From a bacterium (GTDB lineage: Bacteria > UBA8248), in NCBI GenBank assembly GCA_965213625.1, contig CBDBZU010000004.1, positions 3,296,001 to 3,360,000 of the forward strand: a stretch of 64,000 nucleotides of DNA, in the 5' to 3' direction. A program made the translations under genes and the position numbers. Of this stretch, positions 38,118-48,778 are shown one piece after another. The notes below the pieces were generated by a model. It made no database searches. It was not told where the DNA came from and was given only the letters and a program-made list of their open reading frames with translations. Numbering within the stretch: position 1 is the stretch's first letter; every line of letters begins with the position of its first letter.

Positions 38118-40727
38118 TCACTTCACAATCAGATTCACCAGGCGTCCCGGCACGACAATGTGCTTCACGATCTCTTTATCACCGATGTAACTAGCCGTGA
38201 CGGCTTCCGCTTTTTTCTTCAGTTCCTCCTCGGGCGCATCCGGCAGCGCCATGAACGTGCGCCTCGTCTTTCCGTTCACTTGCACGGCGAATTCTTTCTC
38301 CTCGGCGGCAATGGCCGATTCATCCACTTGGGGCCACGCCACCCGGAAGATACTGACCTCTCCCCCACTTCCGCTAAGAACCTGCCAGAGTTCCTCTGCC
38401 ACGTGAGGCGCCATGGGCGCCATACAGCGAAGCAGAATCTCGGCCGCCTCGCGCTGCACCGCATTGTCCGCCTCGGCCTCCGAGCGAAGCGACGTGGCCA
38501 GTTCCATGATGCGCGCCACCGCCGTGTTAAAGGAGAAGGAGTGCTCATAAACTTCCGTCACCGCCTTCAATGTGGCGTGGGCGTCGCGCCTGAGCTTTCT
38601 CCCGGATGCGGTCAACCCGCTCCCGTCTCCGGAATAGGCATCTGTCTCCCTCCAGGCTTCGAGCCGCTCCGTGAACGTAACCCAAAGCCTTTGCAGGAAC
38701 CTGTGCACGCCTATCAATCCATCATCGCGCCATTCCTTCGAGCGCTCGGGAGGACCGATGAACAGCGTATACAGGCGGCCCGCATCGGCCCCGTATTTTC
38801 CCGTGCATTCTTCAATCGAGACTCCGTTCATCTTCGACTTGCTCATCGAGGCCATCTCGGGGAGCACCTTCTGCCCGGCTTCGTAGCCGCTGCCACTCGG
38901 GCCGTCTGCCGTAACGACAAGAGATTCCTCGTCCACGTCCTGATAGGGTACCCAAACACGGCCGCGCGCATCTGCCAAATAGTAGGCCATCCTGCAAACC
39001 ATTCCCTGGGTGAACAGATTCTCAAAGGGCTCCTCGAAAGAAACAAGCCCCAGATCGTAGAGCACTTTTGTGAAAAACCGCGAGTACAGCAGGTGCATTA
39101 CGGCATGTTCCGCGCCCCCGATGTACTGTGTCACCGGTAGCCAGTGGTTCACGATTTCCGACTGGAACACGGCGCTATCGTCGCGCGGGCTGACGTACCG
39201 CAGGTAATACCAGGATGAGTCCACAAAAGTGTCCATAGTGTCCGTCTCCCGCCGGGCGGGCCTTCCTGTTTTCGGGCTGATGACGTTCACGAAATCCTCG
39301 CTCTGGGCCAGGGGATTTCCCCCTCGGCCCGTGAACTCGACGTCACGCGGGTGCATGACGGGCAGATGATCGTCCGGCACAGGGGTGATGCTGCCGTCTT
39401 CTTCATAGATAACTGGTATCGGCACACCCCAGTAACGCTGGCGAGAAATGAGCCAGTCTCTGAGGCGCCAGTTGATTGTCTTGTCCCCGAAACCCTTTTC
39501 CGCGAAATAATCGATCATCTTCGGATACGCTTCGCGGTTCGGCTGCCCGTCGAATGGGCCGGAGTTTTCCATGACGCCGTCTTCGATGTATGCCTCCTCC
39601 ATCGTGTCGCCATTGAGTCCCCCTTCAGGATGCTGGATGACCACCTTGACCGGGATCCCGTATTTTCTCGCAAAAACGAAATCGCGCTGGTCGTGCGCGG
39701 GCACGCCCATCACGATGCCCGTGCCATATTCCATCAAAGCGTAATCGGCCACGAGCAAGGGTACGCGGTCTCCATTGACGGGGTTGATAATGAAATGACC
39801 CGTATCGACGCCCGTCTTTTCACTCTCTTCGCTCATGCGTTCCGCGGCGCTTTGGGTCTGCATGGCTTCCACGGCCTCACGTATGGAATCCGCGCGGGCA
39901 TTCCCTTCCAGTAACTGATCGATTAGAGGGTGCTCTGGCGCGCAGACCATGAAGGTGACGCCATAGACCGTATCCGGCCTGGTGGTGAAAACCGAGAGCG
40001 TCTCGCCGGTCGTTTCGAGTCTGAAATCAATCCGAGCACCTTCGCTGCGCCCCAGCCAGTTTCTTTGTTGCTGCTTTACGTGCTCGGGCCAGCCGACCAG
40101 ACCATCGAGATCGTCCAGCAGGCGCTGCGCATAATCGGTAATCTTCAGGAACCACTGGCTGAGCCAGCGTTTTTCCACCTTGGCGCCGCTGCGCCAGGCG
40201 ATGCCGTCGTGAATCTGCTCGTTCGCAAGAACGGTCCCATCCACCGGATCCCAGTTGACGAGGGCCTCGCGCTTATACGCCAGGCCATTTTCTAGCATCT
40301 GGAGGAAAATCCACTGTGTCCATTTGTAATAGCCCGGATGCGCGGTGGAAATCTCGCGCGGCCAGTCATAAGCGAGACCCGCCATTCGAAGCTGGCGTCT
40401 CATGTTGTCGATATTTTTTTTCGTCCACGCGGCGGGATGCGCGCCGGCATTGATGGCGGCGTTCTCCGCGGGCAGCCCCAGGGCATCCCAGCCCATCGGG
40501 TGCAAGACCTCAAAGCCGCGCATCTTCCGGTAGCGGCTGATGGCGTCGCCCATCGTGTAGTTGCAGGCGTGGCCCATGTGTAGGTCGCCCGATGGGTAAG
40601 GAAACATCATCAGGGAATAGTAAGTAGGCTTATCACCTGGGTGATCGGAGGTCTCGAATATCTTCTCCTCCGCCCACAGATTCTGCCATTTCCCCTCATA
40701 ACTGGATGGACTATATTCGCCGAGCAT
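38118..40727 (-). CDS. leuS: Leucine--tRNA ligase
   Basis: MFPYPSGDLHMGH, RDWLISRQRYWG, MSKSK; GAGGA RBS before ATG 40727. Confidence 0.97.
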   Translation of the reverse strand: MLGEYSPSSYEGKWQNLWAEEKIFETSDHPGDKPTYYSLMMFPYPSGDLHMGHACNYTMGDAISRYRKMRGFEVLHPMGWDALGLPAENAAINAGAHPAAWTKKNIDNMRRQLRMAGLAYDWPREISTAHPGYYKWTQWIFLQMLENGLAYKREALVNWDPVDGTVLANEQIHDGIAWRSGAKVEKRWLSQWFLKITDYAQRLLDDLDGLVGWPEHVKQQQRNWLGRSEGARIDFRLETTGETLSVFTTRPDTVYGVTFMVCAPEHPLIDQLLEGNARADSIREAVEAMQTQSAAERMSEESEKTGVDTGHFIINPVNGDRVPLLVADYALMEYGTGIVMGVPAHDQRDFVFARKYGIPVKVVIQHPEGGLNGDTMEEAYIEDGVMENSGPFDGQPNREAYPKMIDYFAEKGFGDKTINWRLRDWLISRQRYWGVPIPVIYEEDGSITPVPDDHLPVMHPRDVEFTGRGGNPLAQSEDFVNVISPKTGRPARRETDTMDTFVDSSWYYLRYVSPRDDSAVFQSEIVNHWLPVTQYIGGAEHAVMHLLYSRFFTKVLYDLGLVSFEEPFENLFTQGMVCRMAYYLADARGRVWVPYQDVDEESLVVTADGPSGSGYEAGQKVLPEMASMSKSKMNGVSIEECTGKYGADAGRLYTLFIGPPERSKEWRDDGLIGVHRFLQRLWVTFTERLEAWRETDAYSGDGSGLTASGRKLRRDAHATLKAVTEVYEHSFSFNTAVARIMELATSLRSEAEADNAVQREAAEILLRCMAPMAPHVAEELWQVLSGSGGEVSIFRVAWPQVDESAIAAEEKEFAVQVNGKTRRTFMALPDAPEEELKKKAEAVTASYIGDKEIVKHIVVPGRLVNLIVK

Positions 40728-40806
40728 GAAATTCCTCAATTTTTCGGTATATGTTTCTTGAATTCCAATGCAGGCGTTCCGCCTGCTTCAAAATGTTCGC
40801 GCTGCT

Positions 40807-41229
40807 CTAAAGGTGCGGTCCCTCCGAGATGGGCGCGGCCTCTCCTCTTATCTTCTCTAGGATTTCAGGCGGAATGCGTCTTGGCTTTCCAAGCGCATCG
40901 GTTCTCGCATGAAGCGTATAGCCTTCCACCAGAACCCGCCCCTCCTGCTCCACCAAATAATCAATACGTACCCGCACGCCTTCAGGCTCTCTGAACCAGC
41001 CGGTGACCTTCACCTGGCCATCATACCGAGCGCCTTCCTTGTAGCGGCAATGGCTCTCCACCACGGGAAAGAAAACGCCCTCTTTTTCGAGTTGCCCGTA
41101 GGGAAATCCGATCTTGCGAAAATACTCCGTTCTAAGCTGCTCGAACCATACAAAATAGACCGTGTGATGCACCACACCCATCTGGTCAGTTTCGGCATAC
41201 CTTACACGAAAATCAATGGATAGAGCCAA
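40807..41229 (-). CDS. Acyl-CoA thioesterase (YbgC/4HBT family)
   Basis: VRYAETDQMGVVHH. Confidence 0.9.
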   Translation of the reverse strand: MALSIDFRVRYAETDQMGVVHHTVYFVWFEQLRTEYFRKIGFPYGQLEKEGVFFPVVESHCRYKEGARYDGQVKVTGWFREPEGVRVRIDYLVEQEGRVLVEGYTLHARTDALGKPRRIPPEILEKIRGEAAPISEGPHL

Positions 41230-41250
41230 ACCGGATAAACCTATGAGCGG

Positions 41251-42618
41251 TTATGAAAAAAGAAACCAACGGGCGATGTTAAAGTAAATCAAAAGCCCCA
41301 GGACATCGACTCCAGTCGTCACAAAAGGCCCCGTCGCCACGGCAGGATCCACACGAAATCGATGAAGCACGAGTGGCAAAAACGATGCCAGAAGAGCGGA
41401 AAACATCATTACTACACAAATCGCGAGTCCCACAACAAAACCCAGCCAAGCGACAGAAGAGAACTGATACGTTGCTAACAATCCCAACAACAAGCCATAA
41501 CAAACGCCAAGAAGCGACCCGACGGTCACCTCCTTCGAGATGACGCGAAGCCATGATTTGGGATCGATGCGTCCAGTCGCCAAACCACGCACGACGATAG
41601 TAGCGCTTTGGGTGCCGACGTTACCCGCCATACCGATAATTACCGGCATGAACGCTGCGAGAGCCACAATCTTGCTCAATTGGTCTGAATACTGATGGAT
41701 AAGTTGAGCAGCGAGAATACCGCCCAACCAACTGAAAAACAGCCAGGGCAAACGAATCCACGCAAGGCGCCTTGCGGAAAGCGCCGTTACCTCGTCCTGA
41801 TAGGAGTGCGTCCCCGCCATCTTCAAGATGTCTTCGGTCGCTTCCTCCCTGATGACGTCGAGCACATCATCCACCGTGATAATTCCGACCAGGACGTTGT
41901 CGTCATCCACGACAGGGATGGCCAAAATGTTGTAGCGTGAGACGACGCGTGCGACGTGCTCCTGGTCGGCATGCACGCTCTCGCTCCAGACATTGGTAAT
42001 CATAATTTCAGACAGGGACTTGGACGGGCCCGCCAGCAAGAGTTGCCGCAGAGTAATCACCCCTCTCAGGCAACCATTCGTGTCGATGACGTAGACATAG
42101 AAAATATAGTCCACCTCGCTGGCTTTTCGCACTTGGGATATAGCTTCATCAACCGTGAGTTCTTCAGGAAGAGCCACATATGAATCCGTCATGATGGCGC
42201 CTGCAGTTTCCGGCAAATACGCCATCATGTCCTGCATAGCTTCCGTTTCCGGTGCATCGAGGAGCGCGACAATTTCCTGGGAACGATCCTCTGGCAGGGT
42301 CTCCAGAATGTATCTGGCGTCGTCGCTGTCCAATTCCTTGATCAGTGGGACGACATCTTCGTTCGACACCGGTTCCAGGAGTTCTCGTACGATGTGGGAA
42401 TCCGATTCCGTCAGAATGGAGGCGCGGTGCTCCCTGTTTCGGACGAGGGAAAACGCTTCTTGACGTTCTTCGGGTAGAAAATGCTGAAAAATCTGTGCTA
42501 CTTCGGCCGCGTGCATTTTTTCCAGTGCATTGGAAAGATTGGCGTCGGCCTTATGCCTCAAAAGCCGACGCACCATGTCTTCGACGCGAAGAAGTCTCGG
42601 ATCACGCTCGTTCACCAT
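41251..42618 (-). CDS. mgtE: Magnesium transporter MgtE
   Basis: CBS pair, RLPWL, GNVGTQ, DPAVATGPFVTT. Confidence 0.95.
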   Translation of the reverse strand: MVNERDPRLLRVEDMVRRLLRHKADANLSNALEKMHAAEVAQIFQHFLPEERQEAFSLVRNREHRASILTESDSHIVRELLEPVSNEDVVPLIKELDSDDARYILETLPEDRSQEIVALLDAPETEAMQDMMAYLPETAGAIMTDSYVALPEELTVDEAISQVRKASEVDYIFYVYVIDTNGCLRGVITLRQLLLAGPSKSLSEIMITNVWSESVHADQEHVARVVSRYNILAIPVVDDDNVLVGIITVDDVLDVIREEATEDILKMAGTHSYQDEVTALSARRLAWIRLPWLFFSWLGGILAAQLIHQYSDQLSKIVALAAFMPVIIGMAGNVGTQSATIVVRGLATGRIDPKSWLRVISKEVTVGSLLGVCYGLLLGLLATYQFSSVAWLGFVVGLAICVVMMFSALLASFLPLVLHRFRVDPAVATGPFVTTGVDVLGLLIYFNIARWFLFS

Positions 42619-42669
42619 GGCTGATCCTCACATCGTCAAGCTAGTAAACACGGTGTCCAAAAGGCGTAG

Positions 42670-42698
42670 AGTCTATTGAACACCTTAGGGAGTGTCAA
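42670..42698 (-). promoter_or_regulatory. sigma70-type promoter for mgtE-thioesterase-leuS
   Basis: TTGACA (42698-42693), 17 nt spacer, TAGACT (42675-42670). Confidence 0.65.
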
Positions 42699-42818
42699 TC
42701 ATATTGTGTTACGGGCAAACTTAGCATATCTTGGTTGTAGATTGTTGTTCATGCAGGGGGCATTTACTGGCGGTAACACTTATATTTTTCGCTCGTTTGA
42801 TTTGGGGAGTGCCTTACC

Positions 42819-44534
42819 ATCGCTAGACTTCATGGTCGCCTCACCGGGCTGAAGCCTAAGCAAATGAAAGTTTTGGAAAGGCTTTACCGCCGCAAAATTC
42901 CATCCAGTCAATTCATTCATTTAGAACTTGGCCGCGAACTGGCATTTCTATCTCATGAGATCTCGCGTCAGATTGGGCTGCTCATAGATAGACTCGGAAT
43001 CGTGCGCTACGTGATCATCGGAGATGCGCGGGGAATTGAAATTCCGGACCTGGGCCGCGCACGCGCCGGGATGGCCAGACTCAGAGGCCTTCGGTGCGTG
43101 CACACCCACTTGAAAGCCTCCTCGTTGTCCCAAGAAGATTTGACGGATATGGCCCTCTTGCGCCTCGACGCCATGGGAGTCATAGAAGTCGTGGAAGGCG
43201 GGATAGCGGGCCGTTTCCATTTCGCCCACATTACACCCCGGCCTCCTGATTTGAGTGGACAAGCCAACGGCCACTCGACCTTCGCGGAGAATCGCGCTCC
43301 ATGGGAAATCCAGTCGTTCCCAAACCTTGAATCGACCCAGGTCGATATCGAGGTCCTCATAAATTCTCTGGAAAATGAATTTGCACGACTGCAAAAATCA
43401 TCAATTGAGCTCGAAGAGGGAGAGCGCGCCTTGCTGGTGCATCTCGATACGGGGCAGAAATCGAACCGCTCTCCCGAGACCGAGTTCGAGGAATTGGCCC
43501 TCCTCACGCGCGAGGCCGGTTTCATCCCATGCGGACAAATCCTCCAGCGACGCAAAAAGCCGGATCCTCGCTTCGTCATAGGTAGGGGCCGGCTGGCAGA
43601 GGTCCTCATGAACTCGATGCAGGTAGGGGCCGAGGTGCTGTTCTTCTCCAACGAGTTGACGCCATCACAAATCAAGAATTTATCGGAATTCACCGATCTG
43701 AAAATCCTCGACCGGACGCAAATCATTCTCGACATTTTCGCCCAAAGAGCAAAGAGCCGTGTCGGAAAACTCCAGGTGGAACTGGCTTTATTGCGATATA
43801 CCCTACCCCGCATCTCCTCTCAACACACGGCCCTGAGCAGGCTCACCGGTGGTATCGGCGGCAGGGGACCGGGCGAAACGAAGCTAGAAATTCACCGCCG
43901 CCGCGCGTTCGATCGCATTCGCAGGGTTGAGAAAGAACTCGAAAATCTACAAAAAAAACGCTCTCAAGGCAGGCAACTCCGCCAGCGTCGTGAAGTACCG
44001 GTTCTATCTCTAGTGGGTTATACCAATGCGGGTAAATCGACACTGCTGAACGCCTTAACGAATAGCGAGGTAATTGCCGAGAATCGCCTATTCGCCACCT
44101 TGGACACATCGAGCCGAAGACTCAGGCTTCCCCGCGAGCAGGAAGTCATCATCACGGATACCGTCGGGTTCATTCACGACCTCCCCCAGGAGTTGATAGG
44201 AGCGTTCCGCTCGACATTAGAGGAACTGGGTGAGGCGGATCTCCTCCTTCACGTAATCGACGCCTCATCTCCGCATTGTGAGGACAACCTCTTTGCCGTA
44301 GAGAAAATTCTGGGTGAGATAGGATTGAAAGATACGCCTCTCATTCGTGTATTCAACAAAATGGACCAGACAGATGACATCCGTCTGGCCAACTTGTGCC
44401 GCCGGTTTGACGGCATCGCCGTGAGCGGCATAGAACCTGAAAGCCTTGTGCCACTTGTAGAAGAGGCAGCCTCCCGCCTATCGAGCATAGACAAGCAAGA
44501 TGAAACGCAAGAATATGAACAAATCGCAAACTAA
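42819..44534 (+). CDS. hflX: GTPase HflX, long form; probable ATC start (first ATG at 42864)
   Basis: GRGPGETKLE, GYTNAGKST, LFATLD, DTVGF, NKMD; conserved-looking GxxxGLKP segment lies upstream of the first ATG. Confidence 0.93.
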   Translation: MARLHGRLTGLKPKQMKVLERLYRRKIPSSQFIHLELGRELAFLSHEISRQIGLLIDRLGIVRYVIIGDARGIEIPDLGRARAGMARLRGLRCVHTHLKASSLSQEDLTDMALLRLDAMGVIEVVEGGIAGRFHFAHITPRPPDLSGQANGHSTFAENRAPWEIQSFPNLESTQVDIEVLINSLENEFARLQKSSIELEEGERALLVHLDTGQKSNRSPETEFEELALLTREAGFIPCGQILQRRKKPDPRFVIGRGRLAEVLMNSMQVGAEVLFFSNELTPSQIKNLSEFTDLKILDRTQIILDIFAQRAKSRVGKLQVELALLRYTLPRISSQHTALSRLTGGIGGRGPGETKLEIHRRRAFDRIRRVEKELENLQKKRSQGRQLRQRREVPVLSLVGYTNAGKSTLLNALTNSEVIAENRLFATLDTSSRRLRLPREQEVIITDTVGFIHDLPQELIGAFRSTLEELGEADLLLHVIDASSPHCEDNLFAVEKILGEIGLKDTPLIRVFNKMDQTDDIRLANLCRRFDGIAVSGIEPESLVPLVEEAASRLSSIDKQDETQEYEQIAN

Positions 44535-45183
44535 TTTGTACGCTGAACAGAAAATTCTTTTTGCATCTGCCATCTTGCTGAGTATTCTGGTTGGTGGTTG
44601 TGCCGGAGGCAACTTTTCGTCAAAAGACCTTTGGGAAAAAACGAAAACCACGGCTCAATCAGCATACTTCAATACTCAAAAAGCCGTTACGAACACGCTG
44701 ATCTCCATCGGGAAATATCAGCGAGACCATGCATACGGACAAGATGACAAAGAAGAAACACAATCCACAGACGATATAAACAGCAGAAACCCTGCTCTCC
44801 GTCCCGCCGAAACGCCCCGCACGGATGATTGGTTTCCTTCCAAAACTACTACTCCAGTAGAGGAAAACCTTAGGTCCGGACAAGCCCGGCAAACAGCCAG
44901 AACAATCACGCGAGATGAAACCCCGAAAGAAATGCCTTTGCCGCCACGTACAAAAATGACTCTCGAAGAATTGCGTCAACGCATTCAAGATATCGAACGA
45001 GAGCGAATCCGTTCAAAAAATTCTGCGGAAAGGCGCAGACTGGCTGCTGAACTGAAAGAATTGGAGCGAGTGGTGCTTACATACCAAAGAGAAGAAAACA
45101 TCATCGAAGAAATGACGCAATTACGGCGCAGATTGAGAAAACTACAAGAAGATTTGTTCGAGATGCAACAATCCAATCGCTAG
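44515..45183 (+). CDS. Hypothetical lipoprotein with C-terminal coiled coil
   Basis: Hydrophobic stretch ending VGGC (lipobox-like); heptad-rich C-terminus. Confidence 0.6.
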   Translation: MNKSQTNLYAEQKILFASAILLSILVGGCAGGNFSSKDLWEKTKTTAQSAYFNTQKAVTNTLISIGKYQRDHAYGQDDKEETQSTDDINSRNPALRPAETPRTDDWFPSKTTTPVEENLRSGQARQTARTITRDETPKEMPLPPRTKMTLEELRQRIQDIERERIRSKNSAERRRLAAELKELERVVLTYQREENIIEEMTQLRRRLRKLQEDLFEMQQSNR

Positions 45184-45192
45184 AGAGTCAGG

Positions 45193-47940
45193 CTAGTTCA
45201 AAGTATTGCCCGACACAGTCACCAGGCATTCTTTACTCGGATTCATAAAATGATGCGCGGCTTCCCTTACTGCGCTTAAGTCTATATGTTCAATCTGTCG
45301 CTTGGTGTCATCAAGCGTCTCCCAGCCCAAGCCATGGACAAATCTACCCGCCAAGTCGGCCGATCGCGCAAAGGCCCGCTGATGCGCGCGAGACAATCCA
45401 CCAACAAGGTAAGCCTTCGCCCTATTGAATTCCTCCTCGCCAAGACCTTCGGTGCTCACGCGAGTAATTTCTTTCCTCATTAGGTCAATAACGAGCTCTT
45501 CCTTGCCCGCAGGCGTGGCCGCATAAATCGAAATCGGCCCTGGGTCCAGAGACTCGTGAGATGAAACGCTCACATCGTAGGCAAGGCCACGCTTTTCTCT
45601 CAGTTCCAGAAACAGTCCTCCCCCCTGACTCCCCAAGGCCGCTGTTATAATGGCAAGCGCATGTCTGGCCGGATCATGAAATGTTGTTCCCATAAACATC
45701 ATATGAATATGGCTTTGCGAGGCTTCATCGAGCGTGTAGGAACGGAATCGCCTTCTCGAGGGAGTTCTCGGCGAGGCGGGATGAAGGACGGGCGTATCCA
45801 CAGGTGCGCTTTCAGCCCAAGTCTTTAGCATTTTCGGGAGTTGTTGTTCCAAATATTTGGCGTCGAAATTACCGGCTGCCGCGATTACTAGATTCGCAGG
45901 CGTAGCCCTTTTACGCCATTCCCGCCTCAAGACATTTCGGCTGAATGCGGCCATCGCCTTGGACGTCCCGAGTGGATGGCGACCCAACGGGTGTTTGCCG
46001 TACAAGAGTTGATAGCCCTTGAAGCGGCACCATTGCCCCAAGTCGTCGAGTTCGCTATCGCGCTCCGCATTAAGCTCCGCACGAGAGAATTCAACATCAT
46101 CTTCATCAAAAGCCGGCGCAGTCATGACCTCCACGAATTTTCCCATTACCTCGGGCAAAACCGCACTGAGACCGGAGGCAGTAAATCCAAACGTATTTCT
46201 CCCGGAAAACCCATCGATGCTGGCGCCCAAACCCTCCACTTCTTTGGTGTGGGTGAGCGAGGGACATTTCTCCGTAGCCATTGGAGCGACGGACATCATC
46301 AGAGCGTGCAGTCCAGCCTGACGGGCCGATTCATTTCTTTGCCCTCCCGGAAACACGACTCGCAAAGAGAAAACGCGCGGACCACTATCCGGGAGCATAA
46401 CCAAGCGTCCGCCTCTCGGAAGTTTTGTCTCTATTGGTGTGTTTTTGCCTCTCGAGCGTCTTGTATCTTTGAGGTGGCTTCTTTTTTGTGAAGCAGAACG
46501 AGTACGACCGGATACGGTTGATTTATCCCCAGCTCTCTGACTTCGACTTGCAGCGCTTAGTTTTTGCTCAAGACTGTTTTCGAATCCGTTCCATATCGCT
46601 TTGCGAATTCTTCGTGCACCGATTCGCGGCGCTTCTCCCTTGGGGAAGAATACGCCCGCGGTCAATCGTGACGGCGTCAAATAACGCCTCGCCACATCCG
46701 AGACGTCATCCGCATCCACCTCCATAACCATTTTCGTGTAATTCAGATGATAATTCATGTCTCCAGTAATCAGCTCGGAATAACCCGCCACACGAGCGCG
46801 GCCGGTCATGCTCTCGCGCCGAAACTCAAGGCCTGTCAGATAAGTCATACGCACTTTATTCAACTCATTGGGTGTGGGTGGCCTATCCTCGTAAATTTGT
46901 TTCGCCACCTGGAGGATTTGCTCGGCGGCTTTCTCGACATTTTCCGGCGCCGTATATCCGCCCAGGAAAAATAACCCCGGCCCGCCAGTGAGATAGACAT
47001 CCGTAGAAACGTCGAACATCAGCGATGTGTTCATGCAAAGTTGCTCATACAATCGGGAACTCTCGCCCGCTCCCAGAACGATGCCAAGCACTTCTAGCGC
47101 GGGAGCATCCCGATTCGTGAGGGGAGGAATTTCAAAAGCGAGTTCCAGGTGCGCCGTACCCGAGCGTCCGCGTTGAACGACAATGCGCGGACCTTCGTTC
47201 AGAGGAGTCGGCCGGGGAACTTTCGGGAATTTCCTCCGCTGAGGTTTTGGCCATTTGGTGAGCAAACTCTTTTGTTTTTTTCTCAAAATGAATTTTACTC
47301 GTGGGACTTCAAAGGCCCCGGCGATAACCAGGACTGCGGATGAAGGCGCATAGAATTGCTTGTGATATCTCTTCAACTCTGCCGCGCCTATGTTCTTGAG
47401 TGTCTGCCGTGTGCCCAAAATTGTGCGGGCGTAAGGATGCCGGGGACCGTAGGCTTCACGATAGAGGTGATATTGGAGCAACTGATCGGGTTGTTCATAA
47501 GTGCGACTGAATTCCGAGAGAATGACCTGTCTTTCCTGGCGGACCTCGCTCTCGTCGAGTCGTGGCCACCAGAGCGCATCGAGAAGCCCTTCCAGGCACT
47601 TTTCGAATTCGTCCGGCATCGATATCAGATCGTAATGGGTGGTCTCGTTCGTCGTATAGGCGTTGATATCTCCACCGGAAGACTCGGACAGCGAGGCGAG
47701 TTCTCCTACTTCCAAGTTTTCCGAACCCTTGAATATCATATGCTCCAGGAAATGGGAGATGCCCTCGATAGGATCCGTTTCCGTAAGACTACCGACGCGA
47801 AACCATGTTTGTACGCTCACGGCGGGAGCGTTGGAGTCCGGCAGGAAAAGACAGGTGGGTCCACCCTTCATCCGGTAGACGATAGATTTTCTATCTTCAG
47901 AGAATGCATTGCTTACGTCGTTTGAAATTTTTATGAACAT
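45193..47940 (-). CDS. M16 (pitrilysin family) zinc peptidase, fused active and inactive halves
   Basis: SHFLEH, NAYT, second half LREKRGLAY; start uncertain. Confidence 0.88.
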   Translation of the reverse strand: MFIKISNDVSNAFSEDRKSIVYRMKGGPTCLFLPDSNAPAVSVQTWFRVGSLTETDPIEGISHFLEHMIFKGSENLEVGELASLSESSGGDINAYTTNETTHYDLISMPDEFEKCLEGLLDALWWPRLDESEVRQERQVILSEFSRTYEQPDQLLQYHLYREAYGPRHPYARTILGTRQTLKNIGAAELKRYHKQFYAPSSAVLVIAGAFEVPRVKFILRKKQKSLLTKWPKPQRRKFPKVPRPTPLNEGPRIVVQRGRSGTAHLELAFEIPPLTNRDAPALEVLGIVLGAGESSRLYEQLCMNTSLMFDVSTDVYLTGGPGLFFLGGYTAPENVEKAAEQILQVAKQIYEDRPPTPNELNKVRMTYLTGLEFRRESMTGRARVAGYSELITGDMNYHLNYTKMVMEVDADDVSDVARRYLTPSRLTAGVFFPKGEAPRIGARRIRKAIWNGFENSLEQKLSAASRSQRAGDKSTVSGRTRSASQKRSHLKDTRRSRGKNTPIETKLPRGGRLVMLPDSGPRVFSLRVVFPGGQRNESARQAGLHALMMSVAPMATEKCPSLTHTKEVEGLGASIDGFSGRNTFGFTASGLSAVLPEVMGKFVEVMTAPAFDEDDVEFSRAELNAERDSELDDLGQWCRFKGYQLLYGKHPLGRHPLGTSKAMAAFSRNVLRREWRKRATPANLVIAAAGNFDAKYLEQQLPKMLKTWAESAPVDTPVLHPASPRTPSRRRFRSYTLDEASQSHIHMMFMGTTFHDPARHALAIITAALGSQGGGLFLELREKRGLAYDVSVSSHESLDPGPISIYAATPAGKEELVIDLMRKEITRVSTEGLGEEEFNRAKAYLVGGLSRAHQRAFARSADLAGRFVHGLGWETLDDTKRQIEHIDLSAVREAAHHFMNPSKECLVTVSGNTLN

Positions 47941-48011
47941 TATTGAAACAGATTCACTCCAGGTCAAGACGATCGATCCGACGTGCCTTTAATCCGAAAG
48001 AGGCGAATCCC

Positions 48012-48039
48012 TTGACTTCTAGTCAGCGGAGCGTATCAT
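48012..48039 (+). promoter_or_regulatory. Possible sigma70 promoter for ferredoxin-UxaA cluster
   Basis: TTGACT, 16 nt spacer, TATCAT. Confidence 0.45.
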
Positions 48040-48140
48040 CCTGTTCTGGCAAAGTCATTCAGGGATGATGTAGGAAGATTCTAAAACCTCGCTCTGAGAA
48101 ATTCCAAAAGAGACTACCATAATTTGAAAAGAGGATAATT

Positions 48141-48482
48141 GTGGAACACATCAAAAGACACGTTTTCGTCTGCATCAATCAACGCCCGCCGACTCACCCG
48201 ATGGGCTGTTGCCAGAGCAAGGGCAGCATAGAGGTCGCCCAAGCAATCACGGAGGCGATTGGCTCGGATGATGAACTCGCCGCGGATACGGCTATGGCGG
48301 GAGCCACTTGTCTGGGTCCGTGCACGATGGGCCCCACTCTGGTCGTATACCCCGAGGGCGTCTGGTATACGGGCGTAAAGGTGGAGGACGTTCCCGAAGT
48401 CATCGAGGAACACCTGAAAAACGGCCGCCCCGTCGAGCGGCTGCGGTTGAGGCTCCCCGGTAATGTCGGAAGCGACGATTAG
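48141..48482 (+). CDS. Thioredoxin-like [2Fe-2S] ferredoxin
   Basis: HVFVC...GCC...CLGPC..GP..VVYPEGVWY. Confidence 0.9.
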   Translation: MEHIKRHVFVCINQRPPTHPMGCCQSKGSIEVAQAITEAIGSDDELAADTAMAGATCLGPCTMGPTLVVYPEGVWYTGVKVEDVPEVIEEHLKNGRPVERLRLRLPGNVGSDD

Positions 48483-48503
48483 ACCCGCCATGGAGAACAA
48501 CCG

Positions 48504-48776
48504 ATGAGCCGAGCGCTGGTAATGCACCCGAAAGACAACGTGGCAACTGTGCTCGAGGACGTCTCCCCCGAGCAGAGCGTGGAAATCGAAGGCGGTGAAA
48601 AGATACTCACGCTCTCTGCATCAGAATCGGTTCCTTTTGGACACAAAATTGCGTTGCGTAAGATCCGCTCGAACGCAAAAGTGCTCAAATACGGCGAGGT
48701 CATCGGCACCGCCACACAAGAGATATCCGTCGGCAGTCACGTTCACGTCCATAACATCAAGAGCACAAGAGGCTAG
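48504..48776 (+). CDS. UxaA family dehydratase/lyase small (SAF) subunit
   Basis: HPKDNVA, PFGHKIA, KYGEVIG, HVHVHN. Confidence 0.88.
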   Translation: MSRALVMHPKDNVATVLEDVSPEQSVEIEGGEKILTLSASESVPFGHKIALRKIRSNAKVLKYGEVIGTATQEISVGSHVHVHNIKSTRG

Positions 48777-48778
48777 GC

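Noticed and set aside
40728-40806. T-box leader upstream of leuS
   Set aside because: The gap is only 79 nt and has no T-box motif or terminator.
42619-42670. Mg2+ riboswitch upstream of mgtE
   Set aside because: The predicted promoter leaves only about 45 nt of leader, too short for an M-box.
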